Shown here piece by piece: positions 53,262 to 64,000 of a stretch of 64,000 nucleotides of DNA. The position numbers were made by a program, and so were the translations under genes. Within the stretch, counting starts at the first letter, position 1, and every line of letters starts with the position of its first letter. The notes under the pieces were generated by a model that ran no database searches, was not told where the DNA came from, and saw nothing but the letters and a program-made list of their open reading frames with translations. This DNA is from an uncultured Chloroflexia bacterium (GTDB taxonomy: Bacteria; Chloroflexota; UBA6077; JACCZL01): contig CAVXYC010000010.1 in assembly GCA_963765765.1 (NCBI GenBank), positions 1 to 64,000 of the forward strand, read 5' to 3'.

Positions 53262-55413
53262 ATGGCCGTAGCTTCTCTCCAGCCGCTGCTTGCCCCGCGA
53301 TCGATCGCACTCGTCGGTGCGTCCGCCGATCATACGAAGCTCAGCGGGCTCCCACTCTTCTTTCTGCAAAAGCATGGCTACGCCGGCTCGCTCTATCCGA
53401 TTAACCCGCGCTCGAGCGAAGTGAATGGCCTACGTTGTTACTCCAGCCTGCGCGACATTCACGCGTCGATAGATCTCGCATTCCTTCTCGTAGGCGCGGA
53501 GCGGGTGCTCGATGTCATCGACGAGTGCATTGAGGCAGGTGTCCAAAGCGCCATAGTCGCGGCTTCTGGCTTCGCTGAAGTCGGTGGGGAGGGCGCGGTC
53601 ATGCAAGCGGCTCTTGTCGAGCGCATCCGCGGTTCAAGCCTGCGCGTGCTCGGTCCAAACTGCATGGGCCTGGTAAACGTGCACGCCCGAGTCGCCGCCA
53701 GTTTCAGTCAGTCACTGCACGTTGATCGGCTGATACCTGGGAACCTTGCATTCTTCAGTCAGAGTGGCGCCATTGGCGGTTCAACGCTAGACATGGCCCA
53801 TTCGCGCGGCATAGGTCTCTCCCACTGGGTCTCCACGGGTAACCAGGCCGATATCGACGTTGTCGAGTGCGCGTTGGCCGTCATCGACGATCCCGAAGTC
53901 AAAGTCATCGGCCTGTATCTGGAGAGCCTTCTCGATCCGGGCTCCTACATTCATCTGCTTGAGAAGGCACGTGAGCTCCAGAAAGCCGTTGTCGTGCTCA
54001 AGAGCGGCCAGTCGGACGCTGGGGCGCAGGCAGCGATCTCGCACACGGCCGCGATCGTGGGAGATGCCGCGGTGTTCCAGGCGGTCTCCCGCCAGTTTGG
54101 AGCGGTGTTAGCTCAAGATCTCGAGGAGCTCCTGGATCGTGCCTCCGGCTTTCTTACAGGCCGCACGGCCCACGGGATACGCGTTGGTGTGGTGAGCTCA
54201 TCCGGCGGTGTCGGAGTTATTCTCGCGGATGAGATCGAACGGCAGGGCTTGTCCGTGGCCCAGCTTACGCCGCGGACCCGCGAGCGCCTTGCCAGAGTCG
54301 TTCCGGAATACGGCTCGACGAACAATCCAGTGGATGCAACGGCAACGCTCGTAGCCAGGATGATTGGCGGAGAGCATGGACTCTGGACTGAATGCTTCTC
54401 CGCTCTCGCAGATGATCCAAACGTCGATCAGCTTATCGTTGGACTGACGATGATCACGGGCCAGGCTGGCGCAACGCTGGCCGACGAGGTCATTGCCACC
54501 CTCGATCGCACTGAGAAGCCGATCGTAGTTTCATGGCTTGGAGCCAATTTGTGTCGTGATGCATTCCAACGGCTCCGCTCAGCGGGCGTGCCGATGTTTT
54601 CGAGCACCGCCCGCGCAGTCCGAGTCGCGGCCTCGCTCGCGGAACGGCTTCGGCCCATGGACCGTAAACCGGCAAATCTAGTCATCGGAGCTTCGATTGG
54701 TGAAGACTCAGACCGGTCGGTGTTCACAGAATGGCAGTCACAGGAGCTTTTGAAAGCCTACGGAATTCGATGCCCGACGGCATATCTGGTGGTTGATTCG
54801 ACCTCGATTGCTACGCTCCCGATGGCGGCCGGGGCTCGGTATGCCGTGAAGGTACAGTCCCCAGATATCGTGCACAAGTCTGGCGCCGGCGCGGTGATGC
54901 TAGCCGTGGACCCTGACGATATCGATGAAACTATCCGGACTGTGCTGCACAATGCGAAATCCAGTGTGCCTGACGCTCGGATAGACGGCGTCATGGTGCA
55001 AGAGATGGTCCCAAAGGGCCTTGAGATCCTGGTGAGCGTCGTACGGGATCCGTGGTTCGGCCCCATGCTCACAGCTCGGGATCGGTGGTACCTTGACCGA
55101 GCTCCTGAACGACGTTGCCCTACGCCTTTTGCCGGTGAATCCAGAAGAGGTGCGCTCAATGCTGACCGAGCTGCGCGGTGCTGCCCTTCTGGAAGGCTCG
55201 CGCGGCGGGGTCCCCCGAGATACGGAAGCATTGATCGATGCAGTCTGTCGGATTGCTGCGCTGGCTCAGTCCCTCGGTGACCGACTGGAGGAGCTCGAGA
55301 TCAACCCGCTGATCGTCTTGCCGCGCGGAGAGGGGACGGTGGCCGCGGATTGTCTTATTCGACTGAGGCCCGCTTCGCCCGGCAATCTGAGCGAAAAGGA
55401 CTCTGAGACGTAG
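53262..55413 (+). CDS. Acetate-CoA ligase family (ADP-forming acyl-CoA synthetase); frameshift near 55080
   Basis: PRSIALVGAS, GPNCMG, SQSG, SHTAA (phospho-His), SGG.G, NPVD, HKS, LEINPL. Confidence 0.93.
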
Positions 55414-55570
55414 GTCGATGCTGATCGGGCGGGGGTCGATCACTGACCGGCTGCTATTTGTGTCCGGGATTGGGTCTCTATTGCGCGATCTGCGAACCGC
55501 TGGCGGGACGGCACGCCTTAAGAAGTATCAGGCTGATTCCTGCTGCACAAATTAGCTCTTCCACTGCAGT

Positions 55571-55663
55571 GTCCTTGTCACCTGGAGCGCAGCGAAGGAT
55601 CTTCCCCGCCGAATTCAGGCGCCGGTGGGGAAATCCTTCGCTGCGCTCCAGGATGACAAGGAC
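55571..55663. repeat. TGTCA/TGACA-type REP doublet between convergent genes
   Basis: GTCCTTGTCACCTGGAGCGCAGCGAAGGAT ... ATCCTTCGCTGCGCTCCAGGATGACAAGGAC. Confidence 0.85.
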
Positions 55664-55755
55664 GTCTAAGAGAATGGCGTGTCCGCTAACAGCCTGTTCG
55701 CATTAGAGAGACGAAGCATCTCTACTTCAGGCACAGAATGAGCGATCGGGCCTCG

Positions 55756-56127
55756 CTACTTCTCTTCACCAATCAGCGTCCCACACCTGCGGCAGATCCA
55801 GCGGGTGGCGCCTTTGCTCGCTCGCTTCAGCGTGAGGACCAATATCACTCCGCCAAACGTGAGCAGCCCTGTACCAGTGCTTAGAGACGAGAGGATGTCG
55901 CGTCCGCCTGGAGCATTTACGGTTGCACCTGGGTCAATCAGCGCGCCCGTCGGATCGATGGCGACGGTGACCAGCATGACGCTACCGAGAATGAGAAAGA
56001 ACAGCGCGAACGGGGTTGTCATTGGCGGCGGCGGGTCACTGGGATAGGGAGGCAGCTTTGATCCGCAGCGTGGACATCCGAAGAACCCTGTACCCAGCTT
56101 GAAGAGTGCTGTCAGAGTCATCGACAT
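55756..56127 (-). CDS. Membrane protein with split CxxC...CxxC zinc site (LITAF-like architecture)
   Basis: CPRC, two hydrophobic segments, WICRRCGTLIG. Confidence 0.6.
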   Translation of the reverse strand: MSMTLTALFKLGTGFFGCPRCGSKLPPYPSDPPPPMTTPFALFFLILGSVMLVTVAIDPTGALIDPGATVNAPGGRDILSSLSTGTGLLTFGGVILVLTLKRASKGATRWICRRCGTLIGEEK

Positions 56128-56213
56128 GTCAGGCTCCGCATGGGCTCTTGGCCTGAACCGCTCGCGGCGCGAGAGTGGCAAAGTCGGGCCCGCACAGCAC
56201 CAAGTGATGCCGC

Positions 56214-58317
56214 TCATCGAATGGAAATTGGCTCGAGCATTACACGATCGTCGGCGCGATCCTGCGAGAGCGATACCCGGGCACGTTGGAGCGACGTAGG
56301 TTCGTACACACCTATCGTTGGTGTGAGGCGTGCTCCGTCCTTGTCTTGGGGAATCGGCATCGTGACGCGTCGGACGAGCAGGTCTCCATTGCGCCAGGCG
56401 GTAGACGGCAAACCCAGCCCATCTGATTGCGCGACAATCGATCCATCCTGATCAAGGAGATGAAAAAAGACTGAGTAATCTTGAGCTCCACTCGTGGGCG
56501 AGTATCCAGTGAAGGTCCAGTAGGTGGTAAGCGCAAGCGTCTCACCCGGCTCCAGTCGCTGTGGGGAATCGTAGGACACAAGCTGCAGTCCGGGTTCAAA
56601 GCTGGCTTGAATAGATCGTCGACCGAGTGATTGGTCACGCAACGCCCGTGCTGGCACCTGTACAAGGCGAGTCGCATCACGAGTCCCCGGCGTGGGCACT
56701 TCCAGCAGGCGTTCGGGGTTGCGAATTGTACGCGGCAGCTCGACGCCTGGAAGCTGCAGCGTAAGCCCCGGTTTCTCCAGCGGAAGCACCACCGTACCTT
56801 CGAACGGAAAGCGGGCGGTGATCCTGGGCCCAAGCATGTAATCGAGCGCCATGCGCCGCCGGTCCACGTACAGCTCATAGGGATCGCTGAGACTGGTGTA
56901 GACCGTCACCGTGTTGATCTCCCGTTGCGTGCTCGTCGATCCAATCGCCGATGAAAGCTCTCGCCAGTAGCTGAGCGGAGTGCCGAACAAATCGCCAATT
57001 CCAGAAGCGCGAGTGAGCTGCTGCTGGTCATTCAGCCGCGTCTGCCGCTCCACCGCGCTGACCTGGTCAGTTGGAAGGGATGCCTCCACCCTCACTCCCT
57101 GCAGGAGGGCGCTGAAGAGCACCTGATGCACCACCCCGATTGCGATGAGACATGCGAAGGCGACAATCCCGAGCAGCCGGTGCAGTCTGAACGCAGCACT
57201 GAACGGCAGCGCCGCCAGGAGAAAACATGACGGCACTACCGCCGTCATGTAGTGAATGTAGACCGGGCGAGACTGAAGCATGGCTGCCCCGAGCGGCGCC
57301 GCCAACCAGATGATGGCCAGGGCGTAGCCTTTCCATCCGGGCGCTCTCCCAATACACAGTGCCACCGCCAGGACAAGTCCCACGACCATCGCAATGATCA
57401 GAGCCATGCTAGTGATGTTTTGCGCGAGACCGAGCGAACGGAACGCTTCGGCTCCCTCAGTGAGCTTTGCCTGAAGCTCGGAGCCCCCGACGAACCACCC
57501 GAGCAGACGCGGAGCGTCCATCGGCGTATTCGGAGTCACTGGCGCAATCGCGGCTGGCGCGCCAGTAGACTGGTGCCGCACCTACGAGCGTGCTCTGGAC
57601 CGAGTCCTTGAGCTCCCAGAGATGGATCGCGAACGGCGCATTGATCGCAGCCACGATCACGACGCCCGGAATGATCGAGATTCCCCACGAGCGTACGAAT
57701 CCTAGAACTGTGAGCACGGCCGGTAGCACGAGCACGGCGCCCAGCAGGTGCGTCTGCATCTGGAGCCCGAGTGCCAGAAAGAAGAGCAGGCTCCAGCGTC
57801 GCTCACCATACTGCACCACGCGGGTAGCACTTAGGAGCATGAGGCTGGTCAGCACCGGCTGAGCGTTCACCCAGGGCTGACGCCCAAAGTAGATGGCCCA
57901 GGGACTACACGCGTAGAGCAACGCGGTTCCGAACCCAAGCGCGCTGCCCCCCACTGAGCGACCCCAGAAGTAGGCCAGAAGCACCGAGACTGTGTTAACC
58001 GCACCGAGGAGCCAGGTGCGAGCTATCGTCGGGTCAGATACCGCCTCGACAACGGCGTAGACGTAGAGCATCAGCGCGGGGTCTGGCAGTAACCATGAGG
58101 TGACCTCGTTGGCAACCGGACGAGCACCCAGCGCAATGGCGCGTGCGCGCAACGCCTCCAGGGCCTCGTCATACCCAAAGGGGACGAGCTCCGGTGCAAT
58201 GAACCGAGGCAGAGCCGCGATAAACACAAGAAGCGCCACGCCGATCGACTCGGCGACAAGCCACCCAAACTGAGCGGACTTGGGACTTCTAGCTGAGAGC
58301 TCCTCTGCCCCTACCAC
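56214..58317 (-). CDS. GT39/ArnT-like membrane glycosyltransferase with C-terminal extracytoplasmic domain; frameshift near 57580
   Basis: FGYDEA motif, SPWAIYFGRQPW, QTH, multiple TM segments; C-terminal YSVFFHLLDQDG..AQSD..W..GD. Confidence 0.8.
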
Positions 58318-58362
58318 TGATCAATCGGACGGGCGCCGTACTGATCGCTGACTGACACTGAG

Positions 58363-58755
58363 TTAGTCACTCCGACCAAATTGCCCCTGGACTTTACCGT
58401 CGGCGAATGTTCGAGTCACGTTCGTGGACCCGTAAATCCAGAGTATCTTCAACGGGCCATTGCCAACATTGACAAATCGATGAGGGATTCCAGACGGAAT
58501 GTACGTGGTATCGAATGCCTTGACGCGATGCCGCTCGCCATTCACCTCGCACTCGGCCTCGCCCTCGAGCGTGGTGATCGATTCTTCGGTGTTGTGGCTA
58601 TGCATCTCCAGCGACCCACCCGGCGGAAAGACTGTGATACCCGTCGAGAAGCTCTGGGCGTCAGTTTTCGTGCCTGTGAGCGGAATGCTCACGATCCCGT
58701 TTCCTCGGTCAACAGTCGCTTGCTCTTCAATATGGAGAATGTGCGCATCAGGCAT
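58363..58755 (-). CDS. Cupin domain protein
   Basis: HSHNTEE...G, YIPSGIPHRFVN. Confidence 0.92.
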   Translation of the reverse strand: MPDAHILHIEEQATVDRGNGIVSIPLTGTKTDAQSFSTGITVFPPGGSLEMHSHNTEESITTLEGEAECEVNGERHRVKAFDTTYIPSGIPHRFVNVGNGPLKILWIYGSTNVTRTFADGKVQGQFGRSD

Positions 58756-58788
58756 GTCAGTCCAAACTCCTCGTGGGAATCGATTTGT

Positions 58789-59259
58789 CTAGGTCGCGTT
58801 TTCTGAGACCTTAAGACTGGCCTCACCGATAAACCGGTAGCTTACGGCACCATCGGCCCAGAGAGTTCGGCGGAAGATACCGGTCCCGCCGAGAGTTGAG
58901 CAGCGTCCGTTCGCCTGCACCACCTCCCAGGTGCCGTCATCGCTTGAGTCTAACCGCAAGCGGAGGATGACAGCTCCATCGGAGCCGATCTGAGCCCGCT
59001 CTTCCGCGCCATCGGATTTGAGCTGAAATGGCCCTACCAGACAGCTCACGGTCGTCTCGCTGGAGTTGACGCCGTCCCATGGAACGAATACCTCGACTGT
59101 TTCACCCGTAATGGATCCATCCAGCCCACGGTTACCCATGATGGCGAAGCGAACATCGCCTCCGTCAGGTTGCGCGAAGGCGGCGGGAGCGAACCAGGCT
59201 GGAAGCAACAGCAGTGGCGAGACTGCGCGTCGGAGTATGCGGGTGACATCTATGTTCAT
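58789..59259 (-). CDS. Hypothetical secreted beta-rich protein
   Basis: Signal peptide ending AFA-Q; GTWEVV..G...L.GTG motif. Confidence 0.6.
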   Translation of the reverse strand: MNIDVTRILRRAVSPLLLLPAWFAPAAFAQPDGGDVRFAIMGNRGLDGSITGETVEVFVPWDGVNSSETTVSCLVGPFQLKSDGAEERAQIGSDGAVILRLRLDSSDDGTWEVVQANGRCSTLGGTGIFRRTLWADGAVSYRFIGEASLKVSENAT

Positions 59260-59292
59260 CTCATTCGCAGTGAGATTCTGCTTTGTGCGAGA

Positions 59293-60036
59293 TTACTCAA
59301 GTGCGTACTGACCCCTTGGCCCGATCATACCGGGCGCCTGAAAGAACAACATCTCCGCGGCCAGGTCTCCCCGCGGCATGAAAGTGACCCAACCCGTCAC
59401 TGTCTCTTTGGGAGCAAGATTGCCGGATTGCAAAGCCGGCTCCACTGTCGTGCTGGCGGTTGAACGCAGCTCGTTCCCGCCCGAGTCACGCAATCGGAAA
59501 TGGAGATAGCTATATGCCACGGGGCGGTTGGCATTGTTCGTAATTTCCATCTGGTAGGCTACGAACCGGTTCCCCTGAGTCGGTTGAACCAGAGGATAGA
59601 CGGATTTCGCCGGATCACGCGCCTCGAGCAGCGTGACCGTGTAATCGCCCAGGCGTACTGGTTCGCCAGGCTTTGCGGCAGAGGGCGTCGGCGTGGCCGT
59701 TATTCCCCGATTGGGGATAGGCGTGATCTCGCTCACTACGAAGGGCGCAGGAGTTGGTGTGCCACTAACGGCTACCACGGAAGGCGAAGCTGCCGGTTTC
59801 GCAGCGCCTCCGCTGCCCGTTCCTGGGCTCGCTGCGGGCTTGCTGGATCCGCCTTCAACGGTGGTAGCGCTCCCGGGTGATGTCGACGTCGCTGAAAAGG
59901 CAATCGCAATGCCGAGCAGGAGAAGCGCCACGGCAGGGAGCCCAAACCGCACTCTGCGGGGAAGAGCGCTAAAGCGATTCCAGGCACGACGCGGGGCTGA
60001 CTGATCGGACGGGGGATATGGGTTTAGGGGTACCAT
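59293..60036 (-). CDS. DUF4352-like membrane-anchored protein
   Basis: TM segment, Pro/Ala/Thr linker, GNRFVA, FRLRDSGG, L.SGNLAPKETVTGWVTF. Confidence 0.8.
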   Translation of the reverse strand: MVPLNPYPPSDQSAPRRAWNRFSALPRRVRFGLPAVALLLLGIAIAFSATSTSPGSATTVEGGSSKPAASPGTGSGGAAKPAASPSVVAVSGTPTPAPFVVSEITPIPNRGITATPTPSAAKPGEPVRLGDYTVTLLEARDPAKSVYPLVQPTQGNRFVAYQMEITNNANRPVAYSYLHFRLRDSGGNELRSTASTTVEPALQSGNLAPKETVTGWVTFMPRGDLAAEMLFFQAPGMIGPRGQYALE

Positions 60037-60179
60037 CAGTGATGTAACGGCCACGTCATGCTGTCGGGGACAGCATATCCAGGCCTTGTGTGACGTGGAG
60101 TCCGGGTTTCCGTGCTACACGATTGTGCATTGAAGACGCGTCGCGGCGCCATCGTTTGCTCGCTAACAGGTGATTGCCA

Positions 60180-60833
60180 ATGTCTGAAGAGCATCGACTC
60201 CTTCCCTTGTTTCCGCTGAATGTGGTCCTGTTCCCGGGCATGGTGCTTCCGCTCCATATATTTGAGGAGCGATACAAGCTCATGATGGGTACCTGTATGG
60301 TGGGTGATCAGCTTTTTGGCGTATCGCTCATCCGGGAGGGCGAGGAAGTCGGCGCACCGGCCGTCCCGTTCGATATGGGCACCATTGCCAGGATCACTCG
60401 GCTCCAGAGGCTGCCCGACGGTCGCATGAACCTGCTGGCGACGGGGGAGCAGCGATTCAGACTTCTGGAAGCTCCACGGGCAACGCCTTACCTGGTGGCG
60501 CAAGTGGAGACTATTCCACCGGTGTCAGCCGATCTGCCCGAGGACCTTGCCGCGTCAGCTCGAGATGAGCTCGCACAGTACTTTGCGCTGATGGGGCGTG
60601 ACGTCCCAGATCTCGACGCACCAGGCGATTTTCCAGCCGAGGCGCTCAGCTACCAAGTGGCGTCGGCGCTAAAGATCGATGCGGCAGGACGGCAGGAGTT
60701 GCTTGAGATTGATGATCCCATTGCAAGGCTTCAGGCGGGATTGAAGATACTACGGCAAGAACGTCAGTTCTTGAAGATACTTGCTGAATCGGGCGGCGGC
60801 CCTGATTCGATCGGACCCTTCTCCAAGAATTGA
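60180..60833 (+). CDS. LON peptidase substrate-binding domain protein
   Basis: LPLFPLNVVLFPG..LPLHIFEERY, GTIARI, DGR, G..RF, QELLE. Confidence 0.93.
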   Translation: MSEEHRLLPLFPLNVVLFPGMVLPLHIFEERYKLMMGTCMVGDQLFGVSLIREGEEVGAPAVPFDMGTIARITRLQRLPDGRMNLLATGEQRFRLLEAPRATPYLVAQVETIPPVSADLPEDLAASARDELAQYFALMGRDVPDLDAPGDFPAEALSYQVASALKIDAAGRQELLEIDDPIARLQAGLKILRQERQFLKILAESGGGPDSIGPFSKN

Positions 60834-61768
60834 GTCAGTCCGAGCGTACCCTCCTTGTCTATCGCCCAGGAGCGCTGGGCGATACGCTCGTCTCTCTTCC
60901 CGCTCTTGCAGCAGCCCAAGCGCGTTTCGCCGCGACAAGAACGATATTTGCCGCCTCCTCCGTGGCCGCGCCGCTGCTCAGCGAGAATCAAATTGCCGAT
61001 GTCGTTCTCTCGGCTGATGACCTGCGTTTGCTCCATCTTCTCTCGGGGAACGTAGAAGCACTTACAACCGCGCTCGGTCCTGTTGATATCGCGGTACTGT
61101 GGGGAGGAGAAGCGCTGAAGGTTGCGGCCGCGGCGCTCCGGGAGCGTGGCATTGAGGTGATTCACACGCCGTCGCGCCCGCCAGAGGCCTCTGATCTTCA
61201 TATATCCGACTACCTTGTGAGGACCATCGATGAAGATGCTCCTGGTGCAGGCACTTCGGATCGCCTTCGTCCTCCCTCGGCCGATGAGAGCTGGCTCGCT
61301 GAGCATTTTGGCAACATCGTCTCGCGGCCAACGTTTACGATGCATCCCGGAAGCGGCTCGTCGCGGAAGAACTGGAGCCCTGGCTCGTTCGCGTCGCTAG
61401 CCAATCTGGCGCGGAAGCGCATGGGCGTCCAGTGCGCAATTGTCTCGGGTCCAGCGGATGCGGGCATACTCGAGGAGATCCTTCCCGCGCTCGATGAGCC
61501 TCCCGCGGTTATTGCACGCGACTGGTCACTCGGCCAGGTAGCGGCATTGCTTCACCATTCGTCGATGTACCTGGGGAACGACTCCGGAATCTCGCATCTT
61601 GCAGGGGCGCTCGGTGTTCCGGGGATTGCTCTTTTCGGTCCCACTCGCCCGGAAGTCTGGGCTCCACGGGGAGATTGGATCCGCGCCGTAGGCCGGCCGT
61701 CAGTGCGCGAGCATCAGCCTGAGGACGTGTTCGAGGCGCTGCGGGCTGTCGCGCTCAGCTCCGCGTGA
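60830..61768 (+). CDS. Glycosyltransferase family 9 (heptosyltransferase-like)
   Basis: RPGALGD, HPGSGS..KNW, GPAD, GNDSGISHLAGALG, LFGPT. Confidence 0.92.
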   Translation: MSQSERTLLVYRPGALGDTLVSLPALAAAQARFAATRTIFAASSVAAPLLSENQIADVVLSADDLRLLHLLSGNVEALTTALGPVDIAVLWGGEALKVAAAALRERGIEVIHTPSRPPEASDLHISDYLVRTIDEDAPGAGTSDRLRPPSADESWLAEHFGNIVSRPTFTMHPGSGSSRKNWSPGSFASLANLARKRMGVQCAIVSGPADAGILEEILPALDEPPAVIARDWSLGQVAALLHHSSMYLGNDSGISHLAGALGVPGIALFGPTRPEVWAPRGDWIRAVGRPSVREHQPEDVFEALRAVALSSA

Positions 61769-61923
61769 GCTAGTTCCCTACAGCGAACGTCTCGAGTTCG
61801 CCGGCTCCCTTCGCCGCGGCGCCATCGATGTTTGGCGTGGTGATACGTTCGCTTGCCACCCGCCGACGCTGCAGAAAAGCAACTAGGATCGAAACCAGGC
61901 CGTCCCATGCACGGGAGTTATTA

Positions 61924-62211
61924 ATGGATTGGCCCAAATTAGACGCGCTCGGCGCGGAGTTGAATGCTAGATTGCAACGCGGCGGGCTTCAGGGACTGCA
62001 GCCGGTGACGCTCGAGGGCGGACATGTCATAGAAGCGGAGCTCATGGCGCGGATCGTCCTCGCCGATATCGAGCATATCGAAGAGTGGGATCGTAGGCAC
62101 CCGACGAATCCGACCGGTGAGACGCGGTTGCGGACAGTGGGAACGGAAGCTCGGCAGTTACTCGGACTGCACCGGGACGACCGAGATGCTGCCGCGGACC
62201 AATTTCGCTAA
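61924..62211 (+). CDS. Hypothetical protein
   Basis: GGGAG RBS; protein-like ORF; no family recognised. Confidence 0.45.
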   Translation: MDWPKLDALGAELNARLQRGGLQGLQPVTLEGGHVIEAELMARIVLADIEHIEEWDRRHPTNPTGETRLRTVGTEARQLLGLHRDDRDAAADQFR

Positions 62212-62379
62212 TTCCTACCAACTTTCTCGGAAATTCCTGGGGCCATCAACCTTACCGTCTGCTATCCTGAGAATCGGCGGAGTTGCTGGGTCTCAAGCCT
62301 GCCACCGGGGTATCGCGCCTGGCGTGCGTCCTGGTCCGCCGATCACGAAATCCGCTGGCCTGCGAGGAGAAGTGGCGCG

Positions 62380-62622
62380 ATGGGGAGCGACTCCGATCCG
62401 ACCCCGAATCCCGGTGACCAGGGTCGAGGCATGCTTACTCGGCTCCAGGAAAACATTGCCGCACTTGTGGCCCAGGGCCTCTCGAATCGCGAGATTGCCG
62501 AGCGTCTATCCTTGACGCCCGAAACCGCGTCCGACGAGATAGCGCACATTTTCCGGGCGTTAGGACTCACCTCTCGCTTACAGATTGCTCTCTGGGCACT
62601 CGAGCACGGATCGCACCACTAG
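62380..62622 (+). CDS. Stand-alone LuxR-type HTH protein
   Basis: LTRLQENIAALVAQGLSNREIAERLSL...IFRALGLTSRLQIALWA. Confidence 0.85.
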   Translation: MGSDSDPTPNPGDQGRGMLTRLQENIAALVAQGLSNREIAERLSLTPETASDEIAHIFRALGLTSRLQIALWALEHGSHH

Positions 62623-62995
62623 TCGTGGTCGAGGCGGACTATATGATGCTGCTCTTTGCAGAGCGTGTCGCGGAAGGCAATCTAGCGGTTCTTGTACGCC
62701 AACTGCGTCGCTGGGTCCCGACAGCGCTCCGTAGCGTCAGCTGATATGCTGGACAGTTGCTCATTGCGCTGAATCGGTTGCTCAGTAGCCCTGTGACCTT
62801 GATCCGGATGGTTCGGCTCCAACACCAACAATCCGATTCTTCAGCGCGAAACGGGCGGCCAATCGTCGTGGTACAGTTTCCGAGATATTCTCGTCAGCCC
62901 TCGGTGGGATCAGGCTCCAGTCGTCACTATGATCATTGGCTGTTCCAGTTGTGTTGATGACGACGCTGCCTATCTTGGATGCAGTTAGGGGCGTC

Positions 62996-64000
62996 ATGCC
63001 GCGCGCGATCCCGACACGCCGCCTTCACCGACCCACCGCAGTCCCGGTGGACTCGGACGGCGGGCACGAGCCTCCGACACGTCAACGCAATGATCCCGAT
63101 AGTGCGGCGACCGCTCTCCCAGTTGTAATCGGCCAGGAGCTGCTTTCGGCCATCTGGGATTCGGCGACCGACGCGATCGCGGTCTCCGATGCGTATGGCA
63201 GAGTGTTAATGGCCAACCCGGCGTATTGTGCGCTGTACGGCTATGGGCTCGATGATGTGATCGGCCGGAGTTTCGCGCTGATCTTCCGTTCGGAGGACCG
63301 AAGCAGGGCTGAGGCGGGCTACCGGGCCACGTTTCACGGTCCTGTCCCGTCTGGCACGGTTGAATCGGCCGTCCAACTCGCCGATGGCTCCGAGCGCACC
63401 GTGGAGGCGCGCTTCCATTTCCTCACCGATGCGGGCGTGCGCACCGCGATGGTGTCCCTCGTCCGGGACATCACTGATCGCAAGCGTTTGGAGCAGAATG
63501 AGCGTGAGTTCCTGGCTATGGTAGCCCACGCGCTGCGGAATCCGCTGGCATCGATTGGCGGCTACACGCAGCGTATGCGACGGACCCGTGAGTACTCGGA
63601 GCACTCGATGGAGGCCGTACTGCGGCAGACGGCGGACCTCAATCGGTTGGTCGGCGACCTGGTCGATGTTGCCGCCCTCGAAGCGGGACATCTACGGCTC
63701 GAACGGCAGGCAGTCCGCCCGGATGAGCTCGCCAAGGCGGTCGCTCGGCAGGCTCAGGCGGGGACCGATCGTCATCGAATCCGCGTGCGGATAGATGGAC
63801 CCATCGACATCGCCATGTGGGACCCCGTGCGCATCGGTCAAGTGTTGGACAATCTGCTCGCTAACGCCATCAAGTATTCGCCTGAGGGCGGCGAGATCCT
63901 AGTCTCGCTGCGCGCCGATGGAAGGTCCGTGCGCCTGTCCGTGAGCGATGCCGGGATCGGAATCTCGGCGCCGCGCCTCCCGCGTCTCTTCGAACGGTTC
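62996..64000 (+). CDS. PAS-domain sensor histidine kinase, 3'-truncated by window (absent from ORF track; start uncertain)
   Basis: PAS (DAIAVSD..G.V..ANPA...RDITDRK), H-box AHALRNPL, NLLANAIKYSP, VSDAGIGI, LFERF. Confidence 0.92.
   Translation, partial: MPRAIPTRRLHRPTAVPVDSDGGHEPPTRQRNDPDSAATALPVVIGQELLSAIWDSATDAIAVSDAYGRVLMANPAYCALYGYGLDDVIGRSFALIFRSEDRSRAEAGYRATFHGPVPSGTVESAVQLADGSERTVEARFHFLTDAGVRTAMVSLVRDITDRKRLEQNEREFLAMVAHALRNPLASIGGYTQRMRRTREYSEHSMEAVLRQTADLNRLVGDLVDVAALEAGHLRLERQAVRPDELAKAVARQAQAGTDRHRIRVRIDGPIDIAMWDPVRIGQVLDNLLANAIKYSPEGGEILVSLRADGRSVRLSVSDAGIGISAPRLPRLFERF

Noticed and set aside
62643-62744. 33-codon ORF after the LuxR HTH gene as a signalling peptide
   Set aside because: Only a weak RBS supports it; there is no motif or processing gene nearby

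Overview
GC-rich bacterial DNA, probably Chloroflexota. This is an inference from the Ala/Pro-rich lipoprotein linkers, the GT39-type membrane protein, the pan leader RNA and the expanded Rieske/SDR/ABC families. Many ordinary genes carry single-base frameshifts, which points to unpolished long-read error rather than decay. Layout: (1) 1-3.9 kb holds very GC-rich housekeeping-like genes (tricorn protease end, FKBP, adk, aldo-keto reductase). (2) About 3.9-16.8 kb is a decayed accessory region with a broken TA pair, two IS5 remnants, an att-like tRNA-Leu 3' half flanked by arm-type repeats, an AAA_25 remnant, two integrase tails bracketing a DoxX gene, and a papain-like/alpha-beta hydrolase gene upstream of an alpha-dioxygenase-like heme enzyme. 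(3) 16.9-33.2 kb holds metabolic genes, including a coaX-panG-like-panB-panC operon under a pan-motif-like attenuator. (4) 33.3-55.4 kb is a catabolic cluster with three Rieske oxygenase alpha subunits and no reductase, a dispersed ABC importer, SDRs, a hydrolase, an amidohydrolase, a flavoprotein, and an acyl-CoA dehydrogenase and ligase. A small islet ending in dif/res-like palindromes interrupts it. (5) 55.7-64 kb holds envelope and regulatory genes. The best candidate for an undescribed system is the Rieske operon, which contains two small proteins with unexpected folds: an orphan HicB-like protein and an 81-aa protein resembling an isolated HK97 capsid A-domain (family 4 encapsulin/DUF1884-like). 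All calls come from motif reading by eye; no searches were run.
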